A stretch of 64,000 nt of DNA from Macrostomum lignano. Its lineage: Eukaryota. The notes beneath the pieces are model-generated. The model was not told where the DNA came from. It did not search any database and worked only from the letters and a program-made list of their open reading frames with translations. The stretch lies in contig NIVC01000420.1 in assembly GCA_002269645.1 (NCBI GenBank), positions 434,001 to 498,000 of the forward strand, read 5' to 3'. This document shows, one piece after another, positions 1-23,619 of the stretch (positions within the stretch are counted from its first letter, which is position 1; every line of letters begins with the position of its first letter). The position numbers were made by a program, and so were the translations under genes.

Positions 1-129
1 CGCAATATTTACCAAATGAAAAAAATCTGAAAGCTGCTCACTAAAAAACAATGAAACTCAAAACAAAATCTGTCTTTATACAATAGGTTAAATTTTTATG
101 TGAGTTTTTATGCGTGATTCTCATGCCAC

Positions 130-1260
130 TTTAGGGCGATTTTGGGGCGATTCTCATGGAAGTTTTGGGGCGATTCTCATGGCAATTTGGGGATGATTCT
201 CATGGTAGTTGGGGGGCGATTCTTATGGCAGTTTGGGGCGATTCTCATGGCAGTTTTGGGGCGATCTTCATGGCAGTTTTGGGGCGATTCTCATGGCAGT
301 TTTGGGGCGATTCTCATGGCAATTTGGGGATGATTCTCATGGTAGTTGGGGGGCGATTCTTATGGCAGTTTGGGGCGATTCTCATGGTAGTTGGGGAGCG
401 ATTCTTATGGCAGTTTGGGGCGATTCTCATGGTAGTTGGGGAGCGATTCTTATGGCAGTTTGGGGCGATTCTCATGGTAGTTTGAGGTGATTCTCATTTT
501 ATTTTGGGGCGATTCTCATTTTAGTTTGGGGCGATTCTCATGGTAGTTTGAGGTAATTCTCACGGCACCTTGGGGCGATTCTCATGCCAGTTTGGGGCGA
601 TTCTCATGCCAGTTTGGGGGCGATTCTCATAGCAGTTTTGGGGCGATTCTCATGGCAGTTTTGGGGAGATTCTCATGACAATTTGGGGCGATTCTCATGA
701 CAATTTGGGGGCGATTCTCATGGTAGTTGGGGGGGGGGCGATTCTCATTTTAGTTTGCGGCGATTCTCATTTTAGTTTAGAGCGATTCTCTCGGCACCTT
801 GGGGGCGATTCTCATGGTAGTTTGAGGTGATTCTGACGGCACCTTGGGGGCGATTCTCATGGTAGTTGGGGGCGTTTCTCATTTAGTTTGGAGCGATTCT
901 CTCGGCACCTTGGGGGCGATTCTCATGGTAGTTTGAGGTGATTCTCACGGCACCTTGGGGCGATTCTCATGGCAGTTTGGGGCGATTCTCACGGCAGTTT
1001 GGGGCGATTCTCACGGCAGTTTGGGGCGATTCTCATGGCAGTTTGGGGCGATTCTCACGGCACCTTGGGGCGATTCTCATGGCAGTTTGGGGCGATTCTC
1101 ACGGCAGTTTGGGGCGATTCTCACGGCAGTTTGGGGCGATTCTCATGGCAGTTTGGGGCGATTCTCACGGCAGTTTGGGGCGATTCTCATGGCAGTTTGG
1201 GGCGATTCTCACGGCAGTTTGGGGCGATTCTCATGGCAGTTTGGGGGCGATTCTGAAGGG
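130..1260 (+). repeat. 22-bp minisatellite (GGGGCGATTCTCATGGCAGTTT)
   Basis: Direct tandem periodicity; explains the ORFs at 142-490 and 938-1336. Confidence 0.95.
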
Positions 1261-1370
1261 GCACGAGAAGGATGACATTGGAGGGCTGAGGTATGCCTAT
1301 CAGGTTAAACAAAATGAATCTCACACCAAAGATTGATTAGGGATGATTCTCAAAATGGATTAAAGGCATC

Positions 1371-3914
1371 TCAGTCGCCCCTGTCAATGGTTGGGGCAGG
1401 CGGCACTAGCACCAGCGGCTTCGGCTGCGCGGTGCCCGGCGGTTTCGGCGGCAGCAGCTGCAGCTCCCCCCGGGGCGCCGACGCCGCTCCGCCGACAGCG
1501 CCGCCGCTGCCCGCGCCGACTTCGACGCCAGCGTTGGTGCCGGCGTCACCGGTCTGAAGTAGCGGCTGGAAAAGTACATTGGCAGCCACGGGATGGGATC
1601 TGGAGTGCTGCTGCTGCTCGGGCGAGTTGATCGCTGAATCCGCTGCTGACGATTCGCCATCGGCTGCCACGGCGCTCCACAGACTGTTGAAGCTGAGGGG
1701 ACGGATCTATTAGTACACTAAATAAAAGTGCATTTGCGAATGTTTAAAGTTCATACTTAATGAAAAGCAATAAAAGTACACTACCAAACAGACATGAAAC
1801 TAAAAGTACATTTAGATTCGAAAACATAAATAGTAAAAGTACATCCGTACCCGATTAAAATGGTATCTAGGTCAACAAGTACCCCAGAGTCATTTCAGAT
1901 AGCACAGGCAAAATAGGAAAGAAACCAGGCGACTCTAAACCGACGAGATGGCACGGTACAAAAGTCGCCAAATATTCGTCAAAGAGTTTCCCAAGAGTCA
2001 ATTTCAGATGTTTTATTGTCTGCGACTCTGAAACAACTCTGGGGCCGTAGAGTCGTGTTTGAGGCGTGCTGGAGTCGCTGTATAGAAGTCACTGAGTTGC
2101 GTCTAAGCCACATCTATGTCGCTTTATGCATTAGAATCGAATTTCGAATTTATAACAACTCTACTTAGTCTACTTGAATTAGCAGATAGTTAAGCGCTAA
2201 CACGGCGACTCTTGGACGACTCTGCGCAACTCGTGACTCAACCAGTCGGCTCTCCATCGCATGTATAGTCGTTTGAGTCGTTGAAAAAGTCACAAGTGAG
2301 TTGTTTGCAATGACTCTAGCGATTATTGTCACGGTAACGTTTTCAACAGGGTAGTTACGAAAGTGCACTTGTACTAATAAAATAACAAAAGTACATCCGT
2401 GCTTACAAAAGTGCACCTGTACTAATAAAATCAATAAAGTACATCTGTGGTTAGAAAAGTGCACCTGTACTTTTAAAGTAACAAAGTATACCCGTAGTTA
2501 TAAAAGTGCACTCCTACGAATAAAATAATAAAAGTACATCCGAGGATAGAAAAGCGCACTTGTACTTTAAAAATCAAAAGTACACCTGGTACTTCTCTGT
2601 ATTAAAAAACTTACAATCCCCAGACGCCCGAGCCGCCAGTCCGTCGACTGTCCGACGCCCCGGCGTCCGGTCGGTCCCGGCTGGCCCGCAGCAGCTCAGC
2701 GTAGCGGACGGCATCCTGCAGCTCCATCAGGCGCTCCTTGTACTCGTTGCGCTCCATGAGGATGCGGGCCATCTCCACTCGGGTGAAGCGCTTGCGCTGC
2801 GACACTGGAACTGAGCCCTGTGAGAGGGGGAGATAAGGGCGATTGGGAGTAAAATTGAGGAACTTATCATTTTGCGGGCAGAACAATTTCGTGTTTTAAA
2901 AGCTTAGAATACCACCCGGACAGCCTAGAATCTCATAACCTGACAACCTAAAATCTCATACCCTGACAACCTAGAATCTCATACCCCGACACCCTAGAAT
3001 CTCATATCTTGACAGAATCTCATATCCTGATACAGAATCTCATACCCTGACATCGAATCTCATACCCTGACACCCAAGAATCTCATACCCTGACACCCAA
3101 GAATCTCATACCCTGACACCCTAGAATCTCATACCCTCACACAGAATCTCATATCCTGACACAGAATCTCATACCCTGACACATAATCTCATACCCTCAC
3201 ACAAATTCTCATACCCTCACACAAATTCTCAAATCCTGACACAGAATCTCAAATCCTGACACAGAACCTCAAATCCTGACACAGAATCTCAAATCCTGAC
3301 ACAGAACCTCAAATCCTGACACAGAATCTCAAATCCTGACACAGAATCTCAAATCCTGACACAGAACCTCAAATCCTGACACAGAATCTCAAATCCTGAC
3401 ACAGAATCTCAAATCCTGACACAGAATCTCAAATCCTGACACAGAATCTCAAATCCTGACACAGAATCTCAAATCCTGACACAGAATCTCAAATCCTGAC
3501 ACAGAACCTCAAATCCTGACACAGAACCTCAAATCCTGACACAGAATCTCAAATCCTGACACAGAATCTCAAATCCTGACACAGAACCTCAAATCCTGAC
3601 ACAGAATCTCAAATCCTGACACAGAATCTCAAATCCTGACACAGAACCTCAAATCCTGACACAGAACCTCATGCACAGAAAACTCACGTCGTCCTCATCG
3701 CCACCCTGCTGGGCCTTCAAGTGGGCTTTCAGCTTCTCGGTCTCTTCGCGCAGCGACTTGTTGTCCTCCTCCAGAGCCGCCACTCGCTCCTTCAATGACG
3801 ATTTGGCGTTCCGCAGACGGTCAGCTTCCTCCCGGAGGAGCTCCTTCTCGCTGGGGACGGGTTTGGTCAGACTGGGTAAGTAATGAAGTCTGCGAGACAG
3901 ACAGACAGACAGAA

Positions 3915-3959
<45 letters not shown>

Positions 3960-4009
3960 CTAAGACAGACAGACGACAGACAGACAGACACTAAGACAGA
4001 CAGACACTA

Positions 4010-4072
<63 letters not shown>

Positions 4073-7000
4073 AGCTCACCCAGTCAGCTCGTCCACCTTG
4101 GCAATCAGATCGTCCTTGACAATGTTCAGCGCATTTCTAAAAATCAAAAGTGCGAGGAAAAAGTTTAAATAGTCGCTTAAACAGTTTCTGTGGTACGAAG
4201 TAACTTTAACAATTAAAAAGTCTCACTTGGTCTCAATGAGATCCATGTTCTCTTTAATGAGATTCTCGATTTCTCTGTCGACGCCTGGAAATGAAAACAA
4301 TGGATTCGCTTAAGATTTGATATGATAAGGGAAAAGATACGTGTGACATATAGTTAGGTAAAGAGGTGCTCCGAGTATACGAGTATGCAGTGCAAGGTAG
4401 GGTATTGACTTCGTCAGATTATTACTAGTATGCAGTTTAATAACCCATTAGGAAATTATAAGAGTGCAGAATATTACCAGCTGTCACCCGCGATTCTCAC
4501 GGTACTTTAGGGGCAATTCTCAGAGTGATCTAGGGGCGATTCTCAGGGTGGTCTAGGGACGATTCTCAGAGTGGTTTAGGGGCGATTCTCAGAGTGGTTT
4601 AGGGGCCATTCTCAGGGTGGTCTAGGGGCGATTCTCACGGTGCTTTAGGGGCGATTCTCACGGTGCTTTAGGGGCGATTCTCAGAGTGGTTTAGGGGCGA
4701 TTCTCAGGGTGGTCTAGGGGCGATTCTCACGGTGTTTTAGGGGCGATTCTCGGGGTGGTCTAGGGGCGATTCTTGGGGTGCTTTAGAGGCGATTCTCAGG
4801 GTGGTCTAGGGACGATTCTCAGAGTGGTTTGGGGGCGATTCTCAGGGTGGTTTAGGGGCGATTCTTGGGGTGCTTTAGGGGCGATTCTCGGGGTGGTCTA
4901 GGGGCGATTCTTGGGGTGGTTTAGGGGCGATTCTCGGGGTGGTTTAGGGGCGATTCTTGGGGTGGTTTAGGGGCGATTCTTGGGGTGGGCTAAGGGCGAT
5001 TCTCACAGTGCTTTAGGGGCGATTCTCAGAGTGGTTTAGGGGCGATTCTCAGGGTGGTCTAGGGGCGATTCTCACGGTGCTTTAGGGGCGATTCTCACGG
5101 TGCTTTAGGGGCGATTCTCAAGGTGGTTTATGGATAGATAGTAAGAAGTAAGATAGTCAATAACAATCGTTCGAAATCCGCTAAACGAACACTTAGGATT
5201 ATTAACAAATAATAAGTAAAAATTGGCATAACACATGCCCCTTATTATGCATTACCGGACGAGAAGTAGCCTAAAAGTTAACGATGAAGGCACGGATATA
5301 TAGAAAACAACATTAATAAGTTTTGCTCTGTAAGAAAAATAATACATAAGATACTGCTAGTGCTTAGAAGGCAGGAAGAAAACAACAATATAGAAATAAA
5401 TAAGAAAGAAAGTGTTTTTCTGTTTAAATTAAACACCATGAAATACTTGTCTTACCAAACATATCGCTAGAATCGATACCTGAATAAATCAGCAAAAAAT
5501 TAAGAGATAATTTACCTTCAAGCAAAAACTGTTAAGATATCATTCCGATTCAATATAATCAACTCGTACAATCTAAAATACTTTTGTTAACTTTTTTGAT
5601 TGCAGAAGCCAAGTGTTAGTGGAGACTGAGTGAGTGTACATTGAGGGGCGTTTGCCGGCTTGGAAGAAGCAGGCCGGGAGAGAGTGTACAGTGGGGGAGG
5701 GGTGGGTGCCGGCTTGGGAGGGGCAGGCCGGGAGCGAATGTACAGTGAGGGGTGGGTGCCGGCTTGGGAGGGGCAGGCCAGGAGCGAGTGTACAGTGAGG
5801 GGTGGGTGCCGGCTTGGGAGGGGCAGGCCGGGAGAGAGTGTACAGTGAGGGGTGGGTGCCGGCTTGGGAGGGGCAGGCCGGGAGAGAGTGTACAGTGGGG
5901 GGTGGGTGCTGGCTTGGGAGGGGCAGGCCGGGAGAGAGTGTACAGTGGGGGGGGAGGTGGGTGCCGGCTTGGGAGGGGCAGGCCGGGAGCGAGTGTACAG
6001 TGAGGGAGGGGTGAGGATTAGAATTTTTAAACTGCACATTTGTCGCTGCTGCTTAATCGATTTAAATTACTTTATGGCAGGGATTCAACAAAATATTAAC
6101 AATAATTATAATAATAAGCGAGCAAGTATATTGAAGCAAACTAATTAGTAATTCAAGAAGTTGAATTATTTGCGACAGGCTCAATATAAAATAAGCAGAA
6201 GTTAATTAACACTCGACAGTTTATTAATGAATGTAAAAGAATGATCGGCATATCACATACCCAACAGGTGACCAGAATTGTCATCACCGTCATATTGCTC
6301 ATCAAACTCAAATCCTGCATTTATTCATACGCAGTCGGAGAATGCTCTAGTTTAGTATAATGATATGAAATCTGACTTAATGAATCTGGTACAACATGCA
6401 AAGTTTATATTTACAAAAATATATAAAATAAAATAGACTAAACAAAGGACACAAAGTTCATAATCTAAAGGTATAAAATTCTTTTGAAAAAAGCTGCCAT
6501 GCTTTATATATGCATATGTCACTGTTAATTTTTACAACATTGAAGACAGATAAATAAAAGACAAATAACTGATATAACTATTACCAGCTCTGGGACAATT
6601 TCGATTCTTGCAGCGACCGGAGCCTTTGAGTTAAGAAATTCATAATTATAAATAAGCATTATAATTATGATTTATTAGATCTATAAAAATATTAACCTAC
6701 CATTGAATAAGGTTTTTTTTAATTCACTACTGATTTAAGTTAGAAAAGCGTGGAATGAATGAACACCAGTATTAGAAATTTACCTAAATCTATAAAATCT
6801 ATTAGATCTGGTATATTACATCTAGTCTAGAGCATGTATTAGATCTCGTATCACAAATAGAGCATCTATATCAGATTTTATATTGCATCTAGAGAATCTA
6901 TTAGATCCGATATTACATCTAGGGCATCTATTAGATCTGGCATATTGCATCTAGATCATATATTAGATCTGGTATCTTACATCTAGCGCATCTACTAGAT

Positions 7001-8568
7001 CTGGTATATTACGAGCTACATCTAGAGCATCTATGATATGTTATATTAGATCTAGAGCATCTATTAGATACGATATTCGATTCAGAAAGCGCATTAGACT
7101 CTGTGTTAGATCTACAAGATGCATCGATCCAAATCTAAATAGAATTAAGTGCGCGAACCAGATTATAATCCCCAGAAATCCCCAGCTTAATCTCACCGAT
7201 ATCCTCTCCATCGTCGTAGCCAAGCAGGCACTCGGCATCGGGGTCCTGGTCCTCTTCAACGTCGACAGTCCGGGCGGCACCGGCTATGGGCACCACGAAA
7301 CCCTGTTCGTCCTGCTCGATCACGTCAATGTCGTCCAGGTCCGGCTCCTCCTGCGGCTGCTGCCCTGACGTCGCATCTGCCGCCGGTTGGTCGGCGAATT
7401 CGTCGCTATCGACCAGGACGCCCGGCTCGTCCGACGAAGGATGTGGACGACCCGACGGAAATGGACGGCGGAGCTTCTGCTGCTGCTGCTAGGAGTTCGG
7501 GATGAGATGGTAGTTGGCCTGCTGCTCGTCAATGACCTTTAATGTCCTCTTTTAAGTGACCTTCTGTCCTTAAGTGACCTTCTGTCCTTAAGTGACCTTC
7601 TGTCCTTAAGTGACTTTCTGTCCTTAAGTGACTTTCTGTCCTTAAGTGACCTTCTGTCCTTAAGTGACCTTCTGTCCTTAAGTGACCTTCTGTCCTTAAG
7701 TGACTTTCTGTCCTTAAGTGACCTTCTGTCCTTAAGTGACTTTCTGTTCTTCAGTGACACTAAATTGTCTTTTAGTGACCTTTCGTCATTCAGTGACCTC
7801 CTGTTATTCAGTGATCTACTGCCATTCAACTATCCCTCAGCGAACTACCCTGTACAATGTACATACTACTAAACCTGACAACAAGTATCCGTTATGGCCG
7901 CTGAAGAAGACAGCCTCAGATGAAAGCAGAGCCAAACTCACCTGCTCATTCGCGGCCATGATAGCTCGAGTCCGATCAACGTGCTCAGTGTGACTGCGCA
8001 GCAGCTCCGAGTGACGCTCGTGCAGACGCTGAAACTCGCGCCTGGCCTCGGCCTCCTTCTCCTCCAATCGGCTGGCCAGTTCGTGAGCATTCCGAGCTTT
8101 GAGCTCGAGCAGACGAGCCGTCGACTGAGCAGTTTCGCGCTCTTCAAGCCGACGAACTCGCTCCTCGGCGACCGCATCCTCGGCCTGCATCAGGCGCTCC
8201 TCTGCAGACTTTCTCTCCTTGCGTTCCCGTTCGAACTGGGCAAGCAGCTGGTCGTGATCCTCGCGGAGCATCTCCAGTTCGGCCTCCTGGCTGCGCCGCT
8301 CGCTGATGGCCCGCTCCATGCCTTCGAGTACGCTGACAACCAGCGGCATGAGCTCCTTGACAACGTCTTCGTCATAGCGGCGCATCAGACTTTCAAGTTC
8401 GGTGTAGATATTCGAGGCCAAGCTCTGCACTTTGTCAGACATTGGGGCGTCTATTGTCAGAGGGGAGGGCTGCAGCTGGTGCTGCTGAGCTGGCGAGGTG
8501 CCAGGCGCCAAGGACTGATGGTTGAGATTCTCTCCCTGAAGGGAACTTGATTCTTCTTCATCTAACAT
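1371..8568 (-). CDS. MAPK8IP3: JIP3/JIP4 (SPAG9, Sunday driver, UNC-16)-like scaffold: RH1 + leucine zipper II + RH2, 7 exons, ~573 aa as modelled
   Basis: Exons 8568-7942, 7488-7197, 4284-4227, 4136-4080, 3850-3688, 2817-2615 and 1692-1371; all GT-AG, phase-consistent, 1722 nt in total. Motifs: RH1 '[36 protein letters not shown]', LZII '[44 protein letters not shown]' (JIP3-specific), RH2 '[31 protein letters not shown]'. The 3' end is uncertain. Confidence 0.88.
2920..3670 (+). repeat. Compound minisatellite: ~23-bp (CTAGAATCTCATACCCTGACACC) grading into 20-bp (CCTGACACAGAATCTCAAAT)
   Basis: Tandem periodicity in JIP3 intron 5; it ends ~15 nt from the splice donor. Confidence 0.95.
3895..4070 (+). 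repeat. (GACA)n microsatellite
   Basis: Direct reading; JIP3 intron 4. Confidence 0.95.
4490..5130 (+). repeat. 23-bp minisatellite (GGGGCGATTCTCAGGGTGGTCTA)
   Basis: Tandem periodicity; same core as 130-1260. Confidence 0.95.
5650..6010 (+). repeat. 50-bp G-rich minisatellite (~7 copies)
   Basis: Unit GGCTTGGGAGGGGCAGGCCGGGAGAGAGTGTACAGTGAGGGGTGGGTGCC; period 50 (5761, 5811). Confidence 0.95.
6780..7140 (+). repeat. Degenerate ~32-bp minisatellite rich in AGATCT/TCTAGA
   Basis: Recurring ATTAGATCTGGTATATTACATCTAGAGCATCT-like units. Confidence 0.8.
7545..7800 (+). repeat. 18-bp minisatellite (CTTAAGTGACCTTCTGTC)
   Basis: Tandem periodicity in JIP3 intron 1. Confidence 0.95.
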
Positions 8569-8719
8569 GGCATGAGAAGAATAAATATTGTTTCCTCAAT
8601 TGAGACAAATGTATACAGTTTAGTAGTTAATGGAAACATTAAATAGTTAATATAAAAAATATGCACTGATCAGGAGCCATCAGAATACTTGAGATCCTAT
8701 ATATACTGTCATGCTAGAA

Positions 8720-9170
8720 TCCCACACCTTGACATAGAATTCTATACCCTAACACCCTAGAAATTCATACCCTAACACCCTATAATCTCATACCCTGACA
8801 CCCTAAAATCTCATATCCTGACACCCTAGAATCCTATACCCTAACACCCTAGAATCTCATATCCTAACACCCTAAAATCTCATATCCTGACACCCTAGAA
8901 TCCTATACCCTAACACCCTAGAATCTCATATCCTAGCACCCTAGAATCCTATACCCTAACACCCTAGAATCTCATATCCTAGCACCCTAGAATCCTATAC
9001 CCTAACACCCTAGAATCTCATACCCTAACACCTTAGAATCTCATACCCTAACACCCTAAAACCTTATACCCTGATACCCTGACTGGCCTAATAGCTTAGA
9101 ATCTCATACTTTGACACCCTAGAACCTTATACCTTTACACCATAGAATCTAATACTCTAACATGTTAAGA
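8720..9170 (+). repeat. ~23-bp minisatellite (CTAGAATCTCATACCCTAACACC), same family as 2920-3200
   Basis: Tandem periodicity just upstream of the JIP3 start codon. Confidence 0.9.
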
Positions 9171-9386
9171 TCTTTTATTTTGATCTTTGATACTTTAAAA
9201 AAGAATATTTTACCTTAACACTGACATTGTCATATAATAATATACTTTATTATAAATAGCCAATAATGAAAAATCATTTATATCAGCAAAATAGTAAATT
9301 GGAATGATCTAAAGACTAAGATAATTTTTATTTTAAAGATTAAATATAATCTACCTTTTCCTAGAATGCTAATAGAGTGTAAAATA

Positions 9387-11096
9387 TGTGGCGAAATCCA
9401 AAAACGTGGGATAAAACGGTAAAACAAATCTGCGGACATTTGATGGAAAGTAATGTATCTAAAAAAGGTTTTTGAAAGATAGATAGGTCTTTAGAAAATA
9501 GTTCTGGATAAAAACTATTGTTTTCATGCTTTATATTGTTGAATAAATAAGAAAAAACCACAAAAAATCATTTTGAAAGTCCGAGTTGACCGATTTGCAA
9601 TTTTTTGTTTCACTTTTTTTCAAAATTAAACAATTAATTTTAAGACTTGTAGGCCTTAGAGAAGGCTAATTTTTTTACTACTTACAAAACAGAAAGTAAT
9701 CTGTGTTTTACTTTTTATTCAATTCAAAAAGATGAAGTATTTCTAAGGATTTCAAAGTTTTTCTAAAACCATATAAACTTGCAAAAATTCATACTAATAT
9801 AAAGTGCAAAGTTTGCCAGCAAACATCTTTCTCTAAAAGTAAATATATCGCTAATTCCTTGTTGCAAAATAATCTTTAAGTTGTTTTCTTTCATTTAAAT
9901 ATTAACTTGCATAATATTAGTATTTGTAATATGCCTATATTTAGACTTAAAAATTTTGGGTAAAAAATGGTACCACAAAATGTGAACCCGGCATCCAAAT
10001 CAGATGCTTACTGTATGCTCATTAAGCAATGAAGAACAATGAAATTACACTAAAACATGTATCATTGCGGTGTATATGCAGGAAAAAAAGAATTTTACAA
10101 ATCGCTTTAGTAGAAGCTGAGTAAAATGCAATTTTCCAATCCTTATGGGAATTCCAATGTGTTACCCGGCTTCCAAATCAGATGCTTACTGTATGCTCAT
10201 TAAGCGACAAAGAACAACGAAATTACACTAAAACATGTATCATCGCGGCATGTATGCAGGAAAAAAAGAATTTTACAAATCGCTTTAGTAGAAGCTGAGT
10301 AAAATGCAATTTTCCAATCCTTATGGGAATTCCAATGTGTTACCTGGCTTCCAAATCAGATGCTTACTGTATGCTCATTAAGCGACGAGGAACAATGAAA
10401 TTACACTAAAACATGTATCATCGCGGCGTGTATGCAGGAAAAAAAGAATTTTCCAAATCGCTTTAGTAGAAGCTGAGTAAAATGCAATTTTCCCATCCTT
10501 ATGGGAATTCCAATGTGTTACCCGGCTTCCAAATCAGATGCTTACTGTATGCTCATTAAGTGACGAGGAACAATGAAATTACACTAAAACATGTATCATT
10601 GCGGCGTGTATGCAGGAAAAAAAGAATTTTCCAAATCGCTTTAGTAGAAGCTGAATAAAATGCAATTTTCTGATCCTTACGGGAATTTGTATGTTTAAAT
10701 AATAAACTTACGTTGAACACAATTTATTGCAAACAAACTCTACAAAATACACATTGTCAAGAGTAACGAAAGTGATAAACAAATAAACCCTTGAAAATAA
10801 TGTTAAATATGTTGTAGAATTATATAGTGTAACATTATAAAATAGTTAAAGTTATTAAAATACATTATTATAGCTTTTCTATCATTTTCATTAGACTCAT
10901 TTTAGGTCGTAATTAAACTTACTGTTTTAACAAATCATTTTATTAAAAATAAAGCTATACAAAAATAATTTGTGCTTTAATAGACTTTTTTACCTTTTAA
11001 AAACTTGAATAAATTTATTTTATAGCTTTATTGCTTTCAAATTGCCAAAAAACGAATTTTCATAAAACTTGCCCCCGATTTTTGGATTTCACCATG
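9387..11096. mobile_element. Non-autonomous TIR element (Tc1/mariner-like, TA TSD) containing a 178-bp tandem array
   Basis: Left end TA|TGTGGCGAAATCCAAAAACGTGGG (9385-). Right end reverse complement TA|CATGGTGAAATCCAAAAATCGGGG (-11098). The interior is AT-rich and non-coding. Confidence 0.6.
9988..10690 (+). repeat. 178-bp tandem repeat, ~4 copies
   Basis: Unit starts at 9988, 10166, 10344 and 10522. Confidence 0.95.
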
Positions 11097-12084
11097 TATT
11101 AAAAAATAGCACATCACTTTATTTATATCTTAAACTGTTTAATAAAATGTAGATAAGAAAAATTTTGGCCAAAAACTTTTTTAGGAAATAACTTTTTTAA
11201 ATTTTATTATTTTAAGCATGTCAATACAAATAAAAGTGCTAGTTTTAAATAAAAATATTTCTAATTTAGATTCTTTAAAACTTTGATATTCACTTTCAAG
11301 ATATGTTATTATTTATAACTTAATAAAACTTTCTTGTATATAACATATTTAGGTAAACATAAACAATATCTTTTTGCCTATATTTATTTTTGTCTTTTTA
11401 ATTAGCATTGCCAAATAGTCTATAGTATATTTTTGTTTTAGATTCAATTGAATTTTACTTTAAGATTATACATAACATTATATTTAAGCTAAAAAACTAC
11501 TAGTTCTATTATTATAATATTATCTAATACAAAATTATTACACTAAAAGATATTGATTTTCATTAGATTCCTATATACTTCCCCAGGATCCCCAAGATTA
11601 CTAAAAATAAATACTTTTTCTTTGTTCACTTAAGATTTAATAAACTACGAAAAAAACAATTTTTTATGCTTTGTACAATTGTAGTCTGTACTATAGTAGT
11701 TAGTTTGCTTATACCTTTGTTACCTATTTTAGTGCAAATACTATAGATAAACAAGAAAAAAATTATTCGCCTTTCGTTGGCGTTATTACCACCGACGTAC
11801 GTTGTTTTGTAGAAAAACATACTTTCGAAATAATGCTAATGTTTTCCAGGAAAATTTTATCGGTTAAAGAAAATAAGAGCATTAAGTTAAATATTGTACG
11901 AAAGCATGTAGTTCATACTTCAGCAGTATTGCTTATTTAAACCTTGAAGTGTATTAGTCCCACATTCAATATCAACTGAGCACATAATTAACATTTCTAA
12001 TGTCAATTTGTTCATTTTTAATTACAAAGCGTGCCGTATTTTTCAACCTTTGGACCTGTTCAGCTGACATTTGATAGCAATCGC

Positions 12085-23310
<11,226 letters not shown>

Positions 23311-23619
23311 GTGACTGATTGCGTCTGGCGTAATGTCACTCAGCATGTCTGAAGTTTATCACTAAATCTTTGTCCAACCTTGCTAAATAAATAAAACTAT
23401 GACAACTGGACCAATTAAATCACATTTTTATAACGTTCTGCAGTGATTAAAAGATTTTCTACCGGTTTCCATGATTTTTTAAACAAATTTTATTCGTAAT
23501 AAAACGTGATAGAGAGTATCGCAGCATTATAGATGGGATAGAAACACTATGCTCTGAAGTTATAAATATCCACTCAAGCTTACAACTATCGATTCTCACT
23601 CATTCAGCATCGCCCTTCA

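Noticed and set aside
8720-9070. CCCTAA/TTAGGG hexamers (also in 4490-5130) as interstitial telomere
   Set aside because: At most one hexamer per 23-bp unit and never in tandem.
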